64,000 nucleotides of DNA, from contig CAVUZH010000002.1 of assembly GCA_963745835.1 (NCBI GenBank), positions 1 through 64,000 of the forward strand. The letters run 5' to 3'. The position numbers and the translations under genes were made by a program. This stretch comes from an uncultured delta proteobacterium (GTDB lineage Bacteria > Desulfobacterota > Binatia > UBA9968). Of the stretch, positions 1 through 10,159 are shown piece by piece. The notes beneath the pieces were generated by a model. It was not told the origin of the DNA, made no database searches, and saw only the letters and a program-made list of their open reading frames with translations. How positions within the stretch are numbered: position 1 is the stretch's first letter; every line of letters starts with the position of its first letter.

Positions 1-753
1 ATTGCCAGTCTTCAAAGCGATCTCGAAGACCTGCGCGAAATCAAGATTGGAAACCTGGTAGTTGGCGCGAGCAGAGTTCCCAGTTCAACTACCTTCCTCT
101 CGCTTTTGCGCTCTTCAAGAAGCAGTATCCGGAAACCAATATTGTGGTTAAGACCGCTCTTAGCCGTCAGGTTGAACAGTGGGTGTTAGACAATGAGGTC
201 GACCTTGCGATTGTAGGAGGAGATGTCACCTCGAAATTTATCGTGCGAGAACATTATTATGAGGAAGAATTGCTGGTCGTGCTGACGCCCGAGCATCGTC
301 TGGCGAGAAAAGACAAATTGCTTCCTGAAGAAATTCTCTCCGAGCCTTTTCTGCTGCCTTACACGGGTCGCGTCGCGAAATTTGTCGATGACGCTCTTCA
401 GCGAAAGGGGGTCGTCATTACGGATTATGTTACCTTGGGGTCGCGCGAGGCCATTAAAGCGGCATTGGCCGCCGGATTGGACTAACGATCATGCCGAGAT
501 CGGCCGTCGAGCTAGAATCCAATGCCGGATCCTGACGACAAAGAAGATTGATGGCATTGATCTTCAATACCCCGTTTACATTATCTATCACAAGGACAAG
601 CATCTCTCCCGACTGGCGCTTACTTTTTTGGAGTTTCTGCGCAAGCTGCAGTCCGTCTCGTCGGTCTCGGAACTGATCCAGTCAAACGGCAAGATTAGTC
701 GGATACGTTCAAGTGGCCGTAGAAGGATTTCTAAGAAGAGATCTCTAAGGTAG
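1..753 (+). pseudogene. LysR-family transcriptional regulator, C-terminal substrate-binding domain (5' end outside window), broken by about 3 single-base deletions
   Basis: Frame 1 reads IASLQSDLEDLREIKIGNLVVGASRVP. Frame 3 continues NYLPLAFALFKKQYPETNIVV...EVDLAIVG...GSREAIKAALAAGL, then (G)LTIMPRSAVELESNAG, then ILTTKKIDGIDLQYPVYIIYHKDKHLSRLALTFLEFL. These are typical LysR PBP2 motifs. Shifts near 88, 480 and 529; may be assembly errors. Confidence 0.8.
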
Positions 754-992
754 GACAAGTGAGAACGAGTAGAAGAGGGTCACGAATAGGGAGCAAGTGA
801 AGCGGTCATTTTATTTGGACGCTGCGCTGAATGCTGCATTGGCTTATTTTTGATGTTGTAGCTACGTCCCCACGTCACTTCGTAAGTCGATTGCCCGCAA
901 CTGGACCTGCTTTGCCGCCGCGTGTTATACGAATAAAATCACTTTATGCCCGGCGTTAGGGTCATCGAGCCTTCTCGTCTCCTTCTGCCAGT

Positions 993-2327
993 TTGGAGTT
1001 GCCATCGCCATTGAGTCACCGAGAACCGGCCGATGTTCCGTCCGGCCAAAGCACCCTTCCCAAGACTGAAAAGCCGCTCAGTTATCTAATCCGCTTACTC
1101 GTCCGGCTGCGCGCATTCGAGGCGCTGCGCCATCGCGAGTACCGTTTGCTGTGGTACAGCCAGGTATTCGCGTCTCTCGCCGTCTGGATGGATCAGGTGA
1201 CGCGCGGCTGGTTGATCTATCAATTGACCGACTCCGCGCTGCAACTGGGTCTGGTGCGCGGCATTCAGGCGATCCCGTTTTTGTTCTTATCGCCCATCGC
1301 CGGCAGCGTCGCCGACCGCTATTCCCGCAAGTTCCTGGTGGTGACGGCGCAGTTCGCAAACGGGTTTATTTTCACCGCCACGGCAGCGCTGATTCTTTTC
1401 GGTCTTATTCAGCCGTGGCACGTCTATTTGACCGCGGTTCTCATGGCCTGTGTCCAAGTGTTTCTTCAGCCTTCCCGCGCCGCGATGATCTCCGACACCG
1501 TGCCGCCGGAGAATCTGACGAACGCCATCGGACTCAACGCCGTCGTTTTCAACATGGCGCGCAGCGTCGGACCGGCCTTGGCGGGCCTGTTGATCGCTGT
1601 TTTCAATACCGGCGTGGCCTACGGGGTCCAAGGTCTGTTTTTTATTCTCGCGACCATCTGGACGACGCAAATGGTATCGGGGCGGCGCGCTGCTGCGGCG
1701 CGACACGGTCATGGCGGCCCGGGCGAATCCTTCGCGCGCAGCATCGTGTCGGGGTGGAAATTTTCCTGGAGCAAGGATGAGGTTCGCAGCAGCCTGTTGA
1801 TCGTGATCGTCGCCTCCCTTTTCATGGTGCCTTTTTCGACGCTGTTACCGATCTTCGCGCGCGACCTTCTCCAGGTGGGAGCGCAAGGGCAAGGGTTGCT
1901 TTTAACTTCAATGGGCGTCGGTGCGTTCGGCAGCGCGCTGATCGTCGCCACCTTCGGTGACCGTATGCCGCGCGGCATCATGATGCTGGTGGGCGTCATG
2001 CTTTACGGCGTGCTCGTAGTGGTCTTCTCCGCGTCGCCCTGGTTCTCGCTGTCGATGGTTTTGATGGCCGCCATCGGGCTTTGCCACGTGAGCTCCCACG
2101 CGCTGGTGCAAACCGTCATTCAAAGTTACTCCCCGCCTGAGTTTCGCGGCCGGGCGATTGCGATCTTTCACATGAATCAGGTGCTATTGCTTCTTGGTGG
2201 CATGCTCATCGGCGCCTTGTCGTCGGCGATCGGAGCGCCTTGGGCCGCAGCGGCGATGAGCATCGTCGGTACGCTCTGCATGGTGGCGCTCTTTATTTTC
2301 GATCCCAAGGCGCGGACGATACGGTGA
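993..2327 (+). CDS. MFS transporter (MFS_3/EntS-like)
   Basis: About 12 hydrophobic segments, motif GSVADRYSRK, N-terminal ALRHREYRLLW; start codon uncertain. Confidence 0.85.
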   Translation: MELPSPLSHREPADVPSGQSTLPKTEKPLSYLIRLLVRLRAFEALRHREYRLLWYSQVFASLAVWMDQVTRGWLIYQLTDSALQLGLVRGIQAIPFLFLSPIAGSVADRYSRKFLVVTAQFANGFIFTATAALILFGLIQPWHVYLTAVLMACVQVFLQPSRAAMISDTVPPENLTNAIGLNAVVFNMARSVGPALAGLLIAVFNTGVAYGVQGLFFILATIWTTQMVSGRRAAAARHGHGGPGESFARSIVSGWKFSWSKDEVRSSLLIVIVASLFMVPFSTLLPIFARDLLQVGAQGQGLLLTSMGVGAFGSALIVATFGDRMPRGIMMLVGVMLYGVLVVVFSASPWFSLSMVLMAAIGLCHVSSHALVQTVIQSYSPPEFRGRAIAIFHMNQVLLLLGGMLIGALSSAIGAPWAAAAMSIVGTLCMVALFIFDPKARTIR

Positions 2328-2567
2328 AGAAAGGAAAGGCTGGTGTGATGGAGTAGTGGAGTGAAATGAACGATTTCCTTTTATGCGGATTTTTTGGATT
2401 TCGTAAGCCGATCGTTTGCTTAGGCTCTGAGGAAGCAGGGAATTTTTCTATTTCAGCGAAAGTTTTTTCGAGTCGTCCGGGTACGCGGAGTGTTGACTCC
2501 AATCCAAATCTTCTCCAACTTAACCGGATTGGCAGAGCTCTGTGCCGGGTTTTTCCTGGCCAGATTC

Positions 2568-3539
2568 TTATTTGAAATATCCTTCTTTCAGCAACTGATC
2601 GACGAAGCTGGTGTCGATAAATGCCGTCGGATCGGCCTTGGCCGCGGCCGGCGTCGTGGCGGCGATGGCTGTTAGCGTATTCTTGATCGATTCCGTTGTC
2701 GGCCTGGGATTTCGGTCGGCCCATTTGGCGTAAGCCGCGTAGGCATATTCGGTGTCATCGCGCTTGCTGCCGAGAAATTCGATGAGGTAGCCGAGGGTTT
2801 TTTCTTTCTGATTGAAATACACATTCATGGCATCGCCCAAAGCGCGTTCAAAGCGCAGCAAGACCTCCCGGTTTTTCGCCGCATAGGATTTCAAGACCCA
2901 TTCGCCGTTTTGTTGCCATTGAATGCCGAGGTCCGGCAGCGCGTAAAGCGCGTGGATGCCTTTTGACGCGCCCATGCGGTCGTAGGGAGGCGGAAGCACA
3001 GAAAACTGCACGTCGCCTTGCTCGAGTTGTCCGATGACGTTGATCCAATCGGGTCTCGGCATCTGAATGAGCTTAACATCTTTTTCCGGATTCAAACCGA
3101 GCTTGCTCAAGCCGAAGCGCAGGGCCACGTCGGGCGCCGATCCGAAGGTGGCGCCCACTTGGCCGGTCTTGCCCTTGAGATCGCCGATCTCAGCGATTTC
3201 CTTGCGCGCCACGATGTAATAGGGAAAAACGTTCACCCAAGAAGAGATCACTGCAAACGGCGGCGACCCTTCCAATGTTGCCGCTATAAACGCCGGGCCG
3301 GCGCCGAGGGTCAAATGCAGGCTGCCACCGAGCATGCCTTGCACCGCCGCAGTAGTGGTGGTCGCAACGATGTTTACTTCGACCCCATGCTTGGCGAAGA
3401 GTTTTTCTTTTTGGGCGATGAAATAAAGGCTGGTGCCGGGATTGATGCCCGCCTGGCCGACGGTCATTTTGAGCTGCGCGCGGGCAGAATTGTTGCAAAA
3501 CGAAGCAATAAAAAATAGCGCGATGAGCAGGGTCTTCAT
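2568..3539 (-). CDS. ABC-type substrate-binding protein, NMT1/THI5/SsuA-like
   Basis: Signal peptide MKTLLIALFFIASF...ARAQ, DLKGK motif, C-terminal FIDTSFVDQLLKEGYF. Confidence 0.85.
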   Translation of the reverse strand: MKTLLIALFFIASFCNNSARAQLKMTVGQAGINPGTSLYFIAQKEKLFAKHGVEVNIVATTTTAAVQGMLGGSLHLTLGAGPAFIAATLEGSPPFAVISSWVNVFPYYIVARKEIAEIGDLKGKTGQVGATFGSAPDVALRFGLSKLGLNPEKDVKLIQMPRPDWINVIGQLEQGDVQFSVLPPPYDRMGASKGIHALYALPDLGIQWQQNGEWVLKSYAAKNREVLLRFERALGDAMNVYFNQKEKTLGYLIEFLGSKRDDTEYAYAAYAKWADRNPRPTTESIKNTLTAIAATTPAAAKADPTAFIDTSFVDQLLKEGYFK

Positions 3540-4198
3540 TTTGATAGCTCCCTTCGTGGGGATCTTTCCATCGAGGCGAGAGCGATGTCAATGGTTTCGC
3601 CAGGCCGCCAAGTCAATGCATTGAAACTGGATCGCAGTCAATGAAAAAATTTGCTACCGACCGCTCTTTACTTTTGAGCCTCTAATCAACACGGCTCGGA
3701 ATAGAAGACCCGCAAAGTTTTCGTAGATCGAAACGAGACGCCACCGTCAATCACGTAATCGCCGGAACATGGAAAGATCCGGCGCTTGAGAAGCAACACT
3801 ACACGATTATCTAATGCCCGCGGTTAAGCCGCTGGAAGGTGATTACTTATGTTCTAGGGTAGAATGTTGCCCGACGGTCAAACCAACAATCGCCTAGATG
3901 CTTATTCAATGTAGACATAGCGAGATCTGCTGCCATGGTAGCCGCGCAAAATTACCGTGATGTCTCTGGGTGGTGCGTGTCATGCGCGGATCTGGACAGA
4001 GAAGATAAAATTGGACTGCTTATTTCCGTTTGCCTAATGAGCATGCACGGAGGTAGATGACTGTATGCCGTGCACGCCCGAGCGTCGTGGGTGACGGCTG
4101 ATATCTCTTAGTAACAGTCTACCTGTGTCAGGAATCGTCACGCCTCTCGCTCGTGGCAGTCGTTGGGCAAATCACATCAGTTGGCAGGAGGATCTAAT

Positions 4199-5194
4199 AT
4201 GACCGGCAAGATATTTACGGTACTCGGCATTTTAGTCTTGCCCATGTACATCAAATCATCGCTCTTCGCACAGAGCGTCACGGTCCGTTACGGCCAAATT
4301 CCCTCATCGATCAAGACCGTATCCGCTGTCCAGTTCGTAATCGGCCAACGCAAAGGTTTGTTCGAGCGCGAAGGCATCCAACTCAATCTCATGCCAATCC
4401 AAGGCGGCGCCGACAACATGATGGTCGCGCTCAACGACGGCAAAGTCGACATCACCCGCACCGCCACACCCTATCTTATTCAGTCCGTGCTCAAAGGTTC
4501 CGATGGTGTCGCCATCGCCGGCGAGACGGCGACGCCGATCTACAGTCTGATCGTCAAGCCGGAGATCAAATCATTTGCCGAGTTGAAGGGAAAAACCGTG
4601 GGCCTTTCACTGGCGGTCGATACGATCTCCATTTCGACGCGCAAGCTCATGGCGATGAACGGCGTTATCGAGTCCGACTTCAAACTTAAAGAACTCGTCG
4701 GCACGCCGGCGCGGTCGGAATGCCTGCGCAAAGGCGAATGCGATGCCGTACCGCTAGGTCAGCCCGAAGATCTGCTGCTGATGGGACAGGGCTATCGGCG
4801 TTTGGGTGTTTCGACCGATGCCATGCCCAATTTTCAGTTCATCGTCAGCGCGGCAAGAAAGTCCTGGGCGGAAAAGAATAAGGACGCGCTCGTTCGCTAT
4901 GTGCGCGGCCTCGGCGCCTCGTTTCGCTTCATGCGTGATTCGGCCAACCGCGAGGAAGTCATCAAAATGGTCGTCGACACCACGGGATCGAGCGAAGCGA
5001 TTGCGCGCCAGACATTGTCCCTCTACTTCGACCCGGACCGTGGCGTCGTGCCCAAACAGGCGGAAATCGATATGGAAGGCTTCAATCAGGTGATTCAAGT
5101 AATGGCGGAAGCCGGCGAGGTGAAACCACCGATGCCCGCCGTAGAACGATTCGTCGACCTCCAATATCTGCGCGCCGCGGGGCTGATGAAATAA
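4199..5194 (+). CDS. ABC-type substrate-binding protein, NMT1/SsuA-like
   Basis: GGAGG RBS, signal peptide, GLFEREGI, IKSFAELKGKTVG. Confidence 0.85.
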   Translation: MTGKIFTVLGILVLPMYIKSSLFAQSVTVRYGQIPSSIKTVSAVQFVIGQRKGLFEREGIQLNLMPIQGGADNMMVALNDGKVDITRTATPYLIQSVLKGSDGVAIAGETATPIYSLIVKPEIKSFAELKGKTVGLSLAVDTISISTRKLMAMNGVIESDFKLKELVGTPARSECLRKGECDAVPLGQPEDLLLMGQGYRRLGVSTDAMPNFQFIVSAARKSWAEKNKDALVRYVRGLGASFRFMRDSANREEVIKMVVDTTGSSEAIARQTLSLYFDPDRGVVPKQAEIDMEGFNQVIQVMAEAGEVKPPMPAVERFVDLQYLRAAGLMK

Positions 5195-5447
5195 TTTAGT
5201 AGAACACGATATCGCCGATTTCTATTTACACGAATTGAGATCGATATTTTTTAAAGCACTGCATTGTCGACGCCGGGTGAATCGGCCGCAGAACGAATTC
5301 ATTTGGGTCCGGACCTACAAAGACAAGGCAACGGGCCAACGATCAGTGACCCTTCTCGTTTTCTCGTACTTGCGTTTGCTTCGCGGGTTCGAATAGTATC
5401 GCAACCGGCTGAGAATCCGACCTAGCAGGTTCCTGAAAACTTGGTTG

Positions 5448-5569
5448 CAGGCTGCTCAAAGGATCCAGAGCCGAGACGCGCAAAAATCGACGAGGAGGCG
5501 TACTTACAGTACGTTGCAGCGAGACGATTGAGCGCAACGACGCATATATGGATCCTTTTCAGCAGCCTG
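5448..5569. mobile_element. Palindromic MITE-like element with IS5/IS1182-like ends
   Basis: Begins CAGGCTGCTCAAAGGATCCA and ends TGGATCCTTTTCAGCAGCCTG (inverted repeats); central CGTACT..AGTACG hairpin; no transposase. Confidence 0.7.
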
Positions 5570-5584
5570 TTAGAGGAGGTGCAT

Positions 5585-6313
5585 ATGGCTTCCGGCACAT
5601 GGCGCGGAATCGTTGGGGTGATAAAGCCCACTTATAGTTCAGGATCGTTAGTGGAGTTTATCCGACTTCTTCCGGAAGGCGTCGGCTGCATCCCGATGTA
5701 CGCCGGCATCAAGGAACATTCGGAACGCGGTTATCTAAGTGCGATGGAAACCTACCACGCTAAGATGGCCGAGCTGGCGGAGATCGGCGTCGATTTGATG
5801 CATCCCGAAGGGGGCCCGCCGTTCATGGTGCGCGGCCATAAGGCGGAGCAAGAGATCGTCGGCGGATGGGAGGCCCAATATAAAGTGCCGATCTTCACCT
5901 CCGGCATGTCACAGGCCCAGGCACTACGTGCCTTGGGTATCAAGAAATTTGTCGGTTGCACCTACTACCGCGATCAGAAGATGAACGATATCTTTACCCG
6001 CTATTTTACTGACGCTGGATTCGAGGTTCTGGGCATGGAGGGCATGGACACGTCACCGGACGAGGCGGACAAAATTTCTACCGAGACGATCTATCAGCAT
6101 CTCAAAGCGTCATTCAACAAATTTCCGACGGCGCAGGGCATCTATTTGCTCGGCTCCGGCGCTTGGAGTGTCAAAGATATCATTGCGGCGGAAAACGATC
6201 TGGGCGTTCCCGTGGTTCATCCGGTTGCCGCCCGGGTTTGGTACGTGCAAAAGCTTTTGAGAGTCAAAAATCCGTTGAAGGGAGCGAGCCGATTACTGGA
6301 GGAATTACCTTAG
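5585..6313 (+). CDS. Asp/Glu racemase superfamily protein (maleate isomerase / arylmalonate decarboxylase-like)
   Basis: GAGGAGGT RBS; GIVGVIKP, ALRALGIKK, YFTDAGFEV, ENDLGVPVV motifs. Confidence 0.75.
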   Translation: MASGTWRGIVGVIKPTYSSGSLVEFIRLLPEGVGCIPMYAGIKEHSERGYLSAMETYHAKMAELAEIGVDLMHPEGGPPFMVRGHKAEQEIVGGWEAQYKVPIFTSGMSQAQALRALGIKKFVGCTYYRDQKMNDIFTRYFTDAGFEVLGMEGMDTSPDEADKISTETIYQHLKASFNKFPTAQGIYLLGSGAWSVKDIIAAENDLGVPVVHPVAARVWYVQKLLRVKNPLKGASRLLEELP

Positions 6314-6444
6314 GACCTTACAGTACCCGATCTAGGGAAACCGTAATCAGGTCAGTGAGCAAACGACATGTCTGGTCAGTCAATAGAGCGCAACGGCAAA
6401 TTCAACTCTAAGGTATCGCCTAACGGACACTGCTTGTCATCGGA

Positions 6445-6469
6445 ATGTTGCACTACAAGACCTGAGCCC
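6445..6469. repeat. Solitary copy of RAYT terminal inverted repeat (right-end orientation)
   Basis: ATGTTGCA-CTA-CAAGACCTGAGCCC versus element end ATGTGGCA-TCA-CAAGACCTGACCCC at 19567. Confidence 0.7.
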
Positions 6470-6607
6470 GCGCGACGCGTGACCCGCTCAACTTGTCTGT
6501 ATCGGAGCGAAATCTTGTAAACCTAATATCATAGCGCGGTCCAACTCGAACTCGCCTTGCAGGGCCTGTTCGTCTGTGCAGTCCGGATCTCAAGGAGGAA
6601 ATCAGTT

Positions 6608-6760
6608 ATGGCCTCTCAAAAACAACGCAGAGCAGCCAAGAAAAACATCAAAAAGGCGATCAAAGCCGCCAAGCGCAAGCAAACCCTGAAACACCTCCCG
6701 AAGAAAACCCGTCAAGCTCTCGGCAAGCAAGCCGCGAAAGTCAGACAATCACGAAAGTAG
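6608..6760 (+). CDS. Small, very basic Lys/Arg/Ala-rich protein (50 aa)
   Basis: AAGGAGGA RBS; MASQKQRRAAKKNIKKAIKAAKRKQTLKHLPKKTRQALGKQAAKVRQSRK. Confidence 0.7.
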   Translation: MASQKQRRAAKKNIKKAIKAAKRKQTLKHLPKKTRQALGKQAAKVRQSRK

Positions 6761-6870
6761 CATCAGCATTTGCACCACAGAGCCGCCGTGTTCACAGAGT
6801 TCACAGTCAACATTTGTGGTCGGCGGACTCTTCGACTCTAGCAGAGAGCTCATAAGTGGTGAGGTTAATA

Positions 6871-6893
6871 AGTCAATAACTCAGGCCTGGCCC
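6871..6893. repeat. Second-type TIR-like motif (AGTCAATAACT...CTGRCC)
   Basis: AGTCAATAACTCAGGCCTGGCCC; related copies at 13134-13156 and inverted at 29570-29589. Confidence 0.5.
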
Positions 6894-7080
6894 TATAATT
6901 CTAGACTCATGGCTGAAGAGCTTAAAGTTATGATGGTGGTCGAGCATCGAAGCGAACGCGAGAGAAGGTGTCAAAACAAGTCTAACCCTCACGTCTCATC
7001 GCGTGCATCAATGAGATCGTGTGCTTCGACGTATGCACGCGTCCACCGCAGCCAGCGTAGTTCGGCCATCGGAGGCAAAC

Positions 7081-8487
7081 TTGAATCAAAGCAACGTCCT
7101 CGACCCAAGCTCTGCGACAGCGGCGAACCCAGGCGGGGAGATGAGCGTGCTCAGCGCATACATGAGCGCTGCCGGGGCGGGCGTGCTCCCGGCTGAAGCC
7201 GCGGAACACGCCAAGCATCACCTGCTCGATTCTCTGGCATCGATGATCTCGGGGTCCGAGTTGCTGCCCGGCCAAGCCGCGCTGCGCTACATCGGCTCGC
7301 ACGCCGGGAAAGGCGCGGCGACGATTGCCGGCGCGCCGCTCACCGCCGCACCGATCGATGCCGCGCTCGCCAACGGCGTCATGGCTCATGCGGACGAAAC
7401 CGACGACTCGCACAACGCCTCGCGTTCCCATCCCGGGTGTGCCGTCGTGCCTGCGGCCCTTGCCGCCGCCGAGGAATTCGGCGTCGACGGGGCTTGCTTC
7501 CTGCGTGCCGTGACGCTCGGCTACGACGTCGGCACACGCGTGCTGATGGCCATGGGCGGCTTCGAGTTGAGCTACGAGAGCAGTTTGTCCACCCACAGCA
7601 TGGCCGGCACGTTCGGCGCCGGCGCCGCCGCGGCATGTATCGCGGGTCTGGATGCGCGCCAGATGCGCTGGGTGCTCGATTACAGCGCGCAGCAATCCTC
7701 GGGTATCATCGCGTGGCGGCGCGATACCGATCACATCGAAAAGGCGTTTGTCTTCGGCGGGATGCCCGCGCGAAACGGCGTAACCTCGGCGTTGGTCGTG
7801 CGATCGGGCTGGACTGGCGTCGAGGACATCTTTTCAGGGGCGGACAACTACTTCCTGGCATACGCGCCGAAGGCAAAGCCCGCGCGACTCATCGACAGAC
7901 TCGGCGAACGCTTCGAGATTGCGGAAAGCGACATAAAAAAATGGACCGTCGGCTCGCCAATCCAGGGGCCGCTCGACGCGATCGACGCGATTCTCCGGAA
8001 GCAGCCCTTCGAGGCCGAGCAGGTACGGCGCGTGACCGTGCGCCTGGCCCCCTCCGTCGCCAGGGTCGTCGACGACCGTGATATGCCCGACATATGCCTG
8101 CAGCACATGGTCGCCGTCATGCTGCTCGACAAGACAGTCTCTTTCCATGCAGCGCACGACAAGCCGCGCATGCAGGATCCGGCCACCCTGCGCGCGCGCG
8201 CGAAAGTGAACCTGGTACACGACGAGCAGCTCGCCGAGTTTCTGCCGGTGCGTGTGGCCGTCGTCGAGATCGAGCTGACTGACGGAACCGTCCGCTCGGA
8301 GCGCGTTACAGCCGTGCGTGGCACCCCGCGCAATCCGATGTCACGCTCCGATGTGATCGACAAAGCGCGTGATCTCATGGCTCCGATCCTGGGACGCGAT
8401 AAATCGGAGCGACTGATCAATACGATCTATGAGATCGAAAACGTAACGGACATTCGCCGACTGCAGCCGCTTCTTCAACGAAACTAG
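7081..8487 (+). CDS. MmgE/PrpD family protein
   Basis: GGAGG RBS plus TTG start; AALANGVMAHADETDD, SHPG, RGTPRNPM motifs. Confidence 0.9.
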   Translation: MNQSNVLDPSSATAANPGGEMSVLSAYMSAAGAGVLPAEAAEHAKHHLLDSLASMISGSELLPGQAALRYIGSHAGKGAATIAGAPLTAAPIDAALANGVMAHADETDDSHNASRSHPGCAVVPAALAAAEEFGVDGACFLRAVTLGYDVGTRVLMAMGGFELSYESSLSTHSMAGTFGAGAAAACIAGLDARQMRWVLDYSAQQSSGIIAWRRDTDHIEKAFVFGGMPARNGVTSALVVRSGWTGVEDIFSGADNYFLAYAPKAKPARLIDRLGERFEIAESDIKKWTVGSPIQGPLDAIDAILRKQPFEAEQVRRVTVRLAPSVARVVDDRDMPDICLQHMVAVMLLDKTVSFHAAHDKPRMQDPATLRARAKVNLVHDEQLAEFLPVRVAVVEIELTDGTVRSERVTAVRGTPRNPMSRSDVIDKARDLMAPILGRDKSERLINTIYEIENVTDIRRLQPLLQRN

Positions 8488-8640
8488 GTTGTGCAAGCGT
8501 GCTCAGAAAGATTATGGGAATCGGATCGCCTACTACGAAGCGATCATGCCAAAAAGGTAAATCGGCCACACATCCCTACAGATTTCCGCCGTGCCTACGG
8601 TATAAGTCGGGTCATCATGAACAAGCGAGAGCGGGCGAGA

Positions 8641-8664
8641 GGGTCAGGTCTTGCGGTGCGACAA
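8641..8664. repeat. Solitary copy of RAYT terminal inverted repeat (left-end orientation)
   Basis: GGGTCAGGTCTTG-CGG-TGCGACA versus GGGTCAGGTCTTG-CCG-TGCCACA at 18694. Confidence 0.8.
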
Positions 8665-8667
8665 TTC

Positions 8668-8778
8668 GCTATCGCGAGCCGTGGGCCCTCGCTGAATAGT
8701 TTTCTTAGCAGATCGATCACGTCGGCGTCGCGCGGCCTTTCCCTGAAGGCTTTCTCCATCTCTTCCAGCATGAGCCGA
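8668..8778 (-). pseudogene. 3'-end remnant of a Bug/TctC substrate-binding protein gene
   Basis: Minus strand reads LMLEEMEKAFRERPRDADVIDLLRKLFSEGP, similar to C-terminus LMPEEQDKAIRELPRDRDVVELFKKLAGADP of 20000..21046. Confidence 0.6.
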
Positions 8779-8784
8779 GGACCT

Positions 8785-8812
8785 GTTCAAGGTTCAATGT
8801 TCAAAGTTCAAA
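8785..8812 (+). repeat. 7-bp tandem repeat (GTTCAAN)x4
   Basis: gttcaag gttcaat gttcaaa gttcaaa. Confidence 0.8.
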
Positions 8813-9220
8813 GGGGAGACGAAGATGGTTAGGCTTTCATATGAATAAAGCGTCGTGTTTGACCACAATCCGATCATAGAAATTGGCCATGGCTTTCGAT
8901 GAGCTTTTCAAAGTGGGCTTGCGCTTCGCTGGAAAGAGACGGCGGGAACTTTGCGCCGCTGCGGCGCCATCGCGTGAGCCAGTCCGGGCCGAGGAGGCGC
9001 GGAGATGCGGGGTGTTCTCGGGTGCCTTGCGCCGTGGCTACGTTGTCAGGACGTGGCCGCGCTGGATGAACGCAGCGTTCGAATTCCGTGTCACTTCTTG
9101 CCTAGGTCTAATGATTTCCGCGCACGCGAGGTCGGATTGCGGAGTAGCAGACCCTTAACCCGCCGATCCTATTTTGCCGCGGTTCAGCAGCTCGGTCTGC
9201 TGTGGGCATTCTAAGTCGTT

Positions 9221-10159
9221 CTACAGATGCCGGAGTCCCTCGAGTGTTGCGTGGTCCCATTTCGCCAAGCTGGCCTCGGTTTCATAGGTTGTCTGGAGGA
9301 AATCGAGGAGAATATCATCCGGTGATTTGGCATTGCGGACTTCGTCGTAGGGAAGAATAAACTCCCGAAGATCGCTGCTGTAGAAGGCGGCCGCCGGTCG
9401 GATCAGGGCTTTGGCGAACCCTTCCGGTTCCGGATAAGCGTAGGAATAAAACGCAGGATAGGCGATCGGGCCGCCGCCGGGCCAAAAGCCGCAGCTGCTG
9501 ACCTCGTGCGAATAAGCTTCGCGCGCGACTCGATCCGGAAGATTGGGAACACCGCCCGGGTGGGGCGGAGCGAGCCGGCCGGAAAATCGCGTGACCGCCA
9601 AATCAGGAGCGCCCCAAAAAAAATGGACCGGGCTGCACTTACCGACGAAGCGTGCGCGAAAGATTTTGAAAACACGATCGCATTGCAGAAGCACGCGCCA
9701 AAAACGATTGGCGTACTCCGGGTCGTATGACGCGTGGACTTCGTCTTGGTCGAACGGGATGGGGTTGGGGATCTCGTTGGGCTTGGGATGGATCCGCACT
9801 TTTAGATCGAGCTTTTCCATTTCCTCTTTGAGACGCCGATAAAACACCGCGACGGACTGCCGCTTGAGCGGAACAACCGCCGCGCCACCGCGATCGCACT
9901 CGACCCTGAGCTCGTGCTCGACAAAGTTGAAGTCGATCTGAAATGCGTTGCTGCCATATGGAATCGATCCCGTGGTCAGCCCTGTCGGCGTCACATACAA
10001 GGTGACGTGCCAGGAATGATTCGTCCACGGGCTCTGGGCGAGGCGGATCTTGCCGACGATCTGTGTCCATATGTGAAGCGTCGCATAAGTATCGCTCCAC
10101 GCCTCGAGCGGAAGACTCGGCCACATTTCGCCGGCCATTAAGTTCGATACAGTCATCAC
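9221..10159 (-). CDS. Conserved protein, DUF5996 (Ava_C0101-like) family
   Basis: TLHIWTQIVGKIRLA, NHSWHVTLYV, SPVHFFWGAPDLAVTRFSGR, AYSHEVSSCGFWPG. Confidence 0.8.
   Translation of the reverse strand: MMTVSNLMAGEMWPSLPLEAWSDTYATLHIWTQIVGKIRLAQSPWTNHSWHVTLYVTPTGLTTGSIPYGSNAFQIDFNFVEHELRVECDRGGAAVVPLKRQSVAVFYRRLKEEMEKLDLKVRIHPKPNEIPNPIPFDQDEVHASYDPEYANRFWRVLLQCDRVFKIFRARFVGKCSPVHFFWGAPDLAVTRFSGRLAPPHPGGVPNLPDRVAREAYSHEVSSCGFWPGGGPIAYPAFYSYAYPEPEGFAKALIRPAAAFYSSDLREFILPYDEVRNAKSPDDILLDFLQTTYETEASLAKWDHATLEGLRHL

Noticed and set aside
2341-2363. TGGTGTGATGGAGTAGTGGAGTG 8-bp quasi-repeat after the MFS stop
   Set aside because: Only 2-3 degenerate units; too short to call with confidence.
8833-9214. 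ORFs 8883..9158 and 9005..9214
   Set aside because: No RBS or motifs; likely degraded non-coding sequence.
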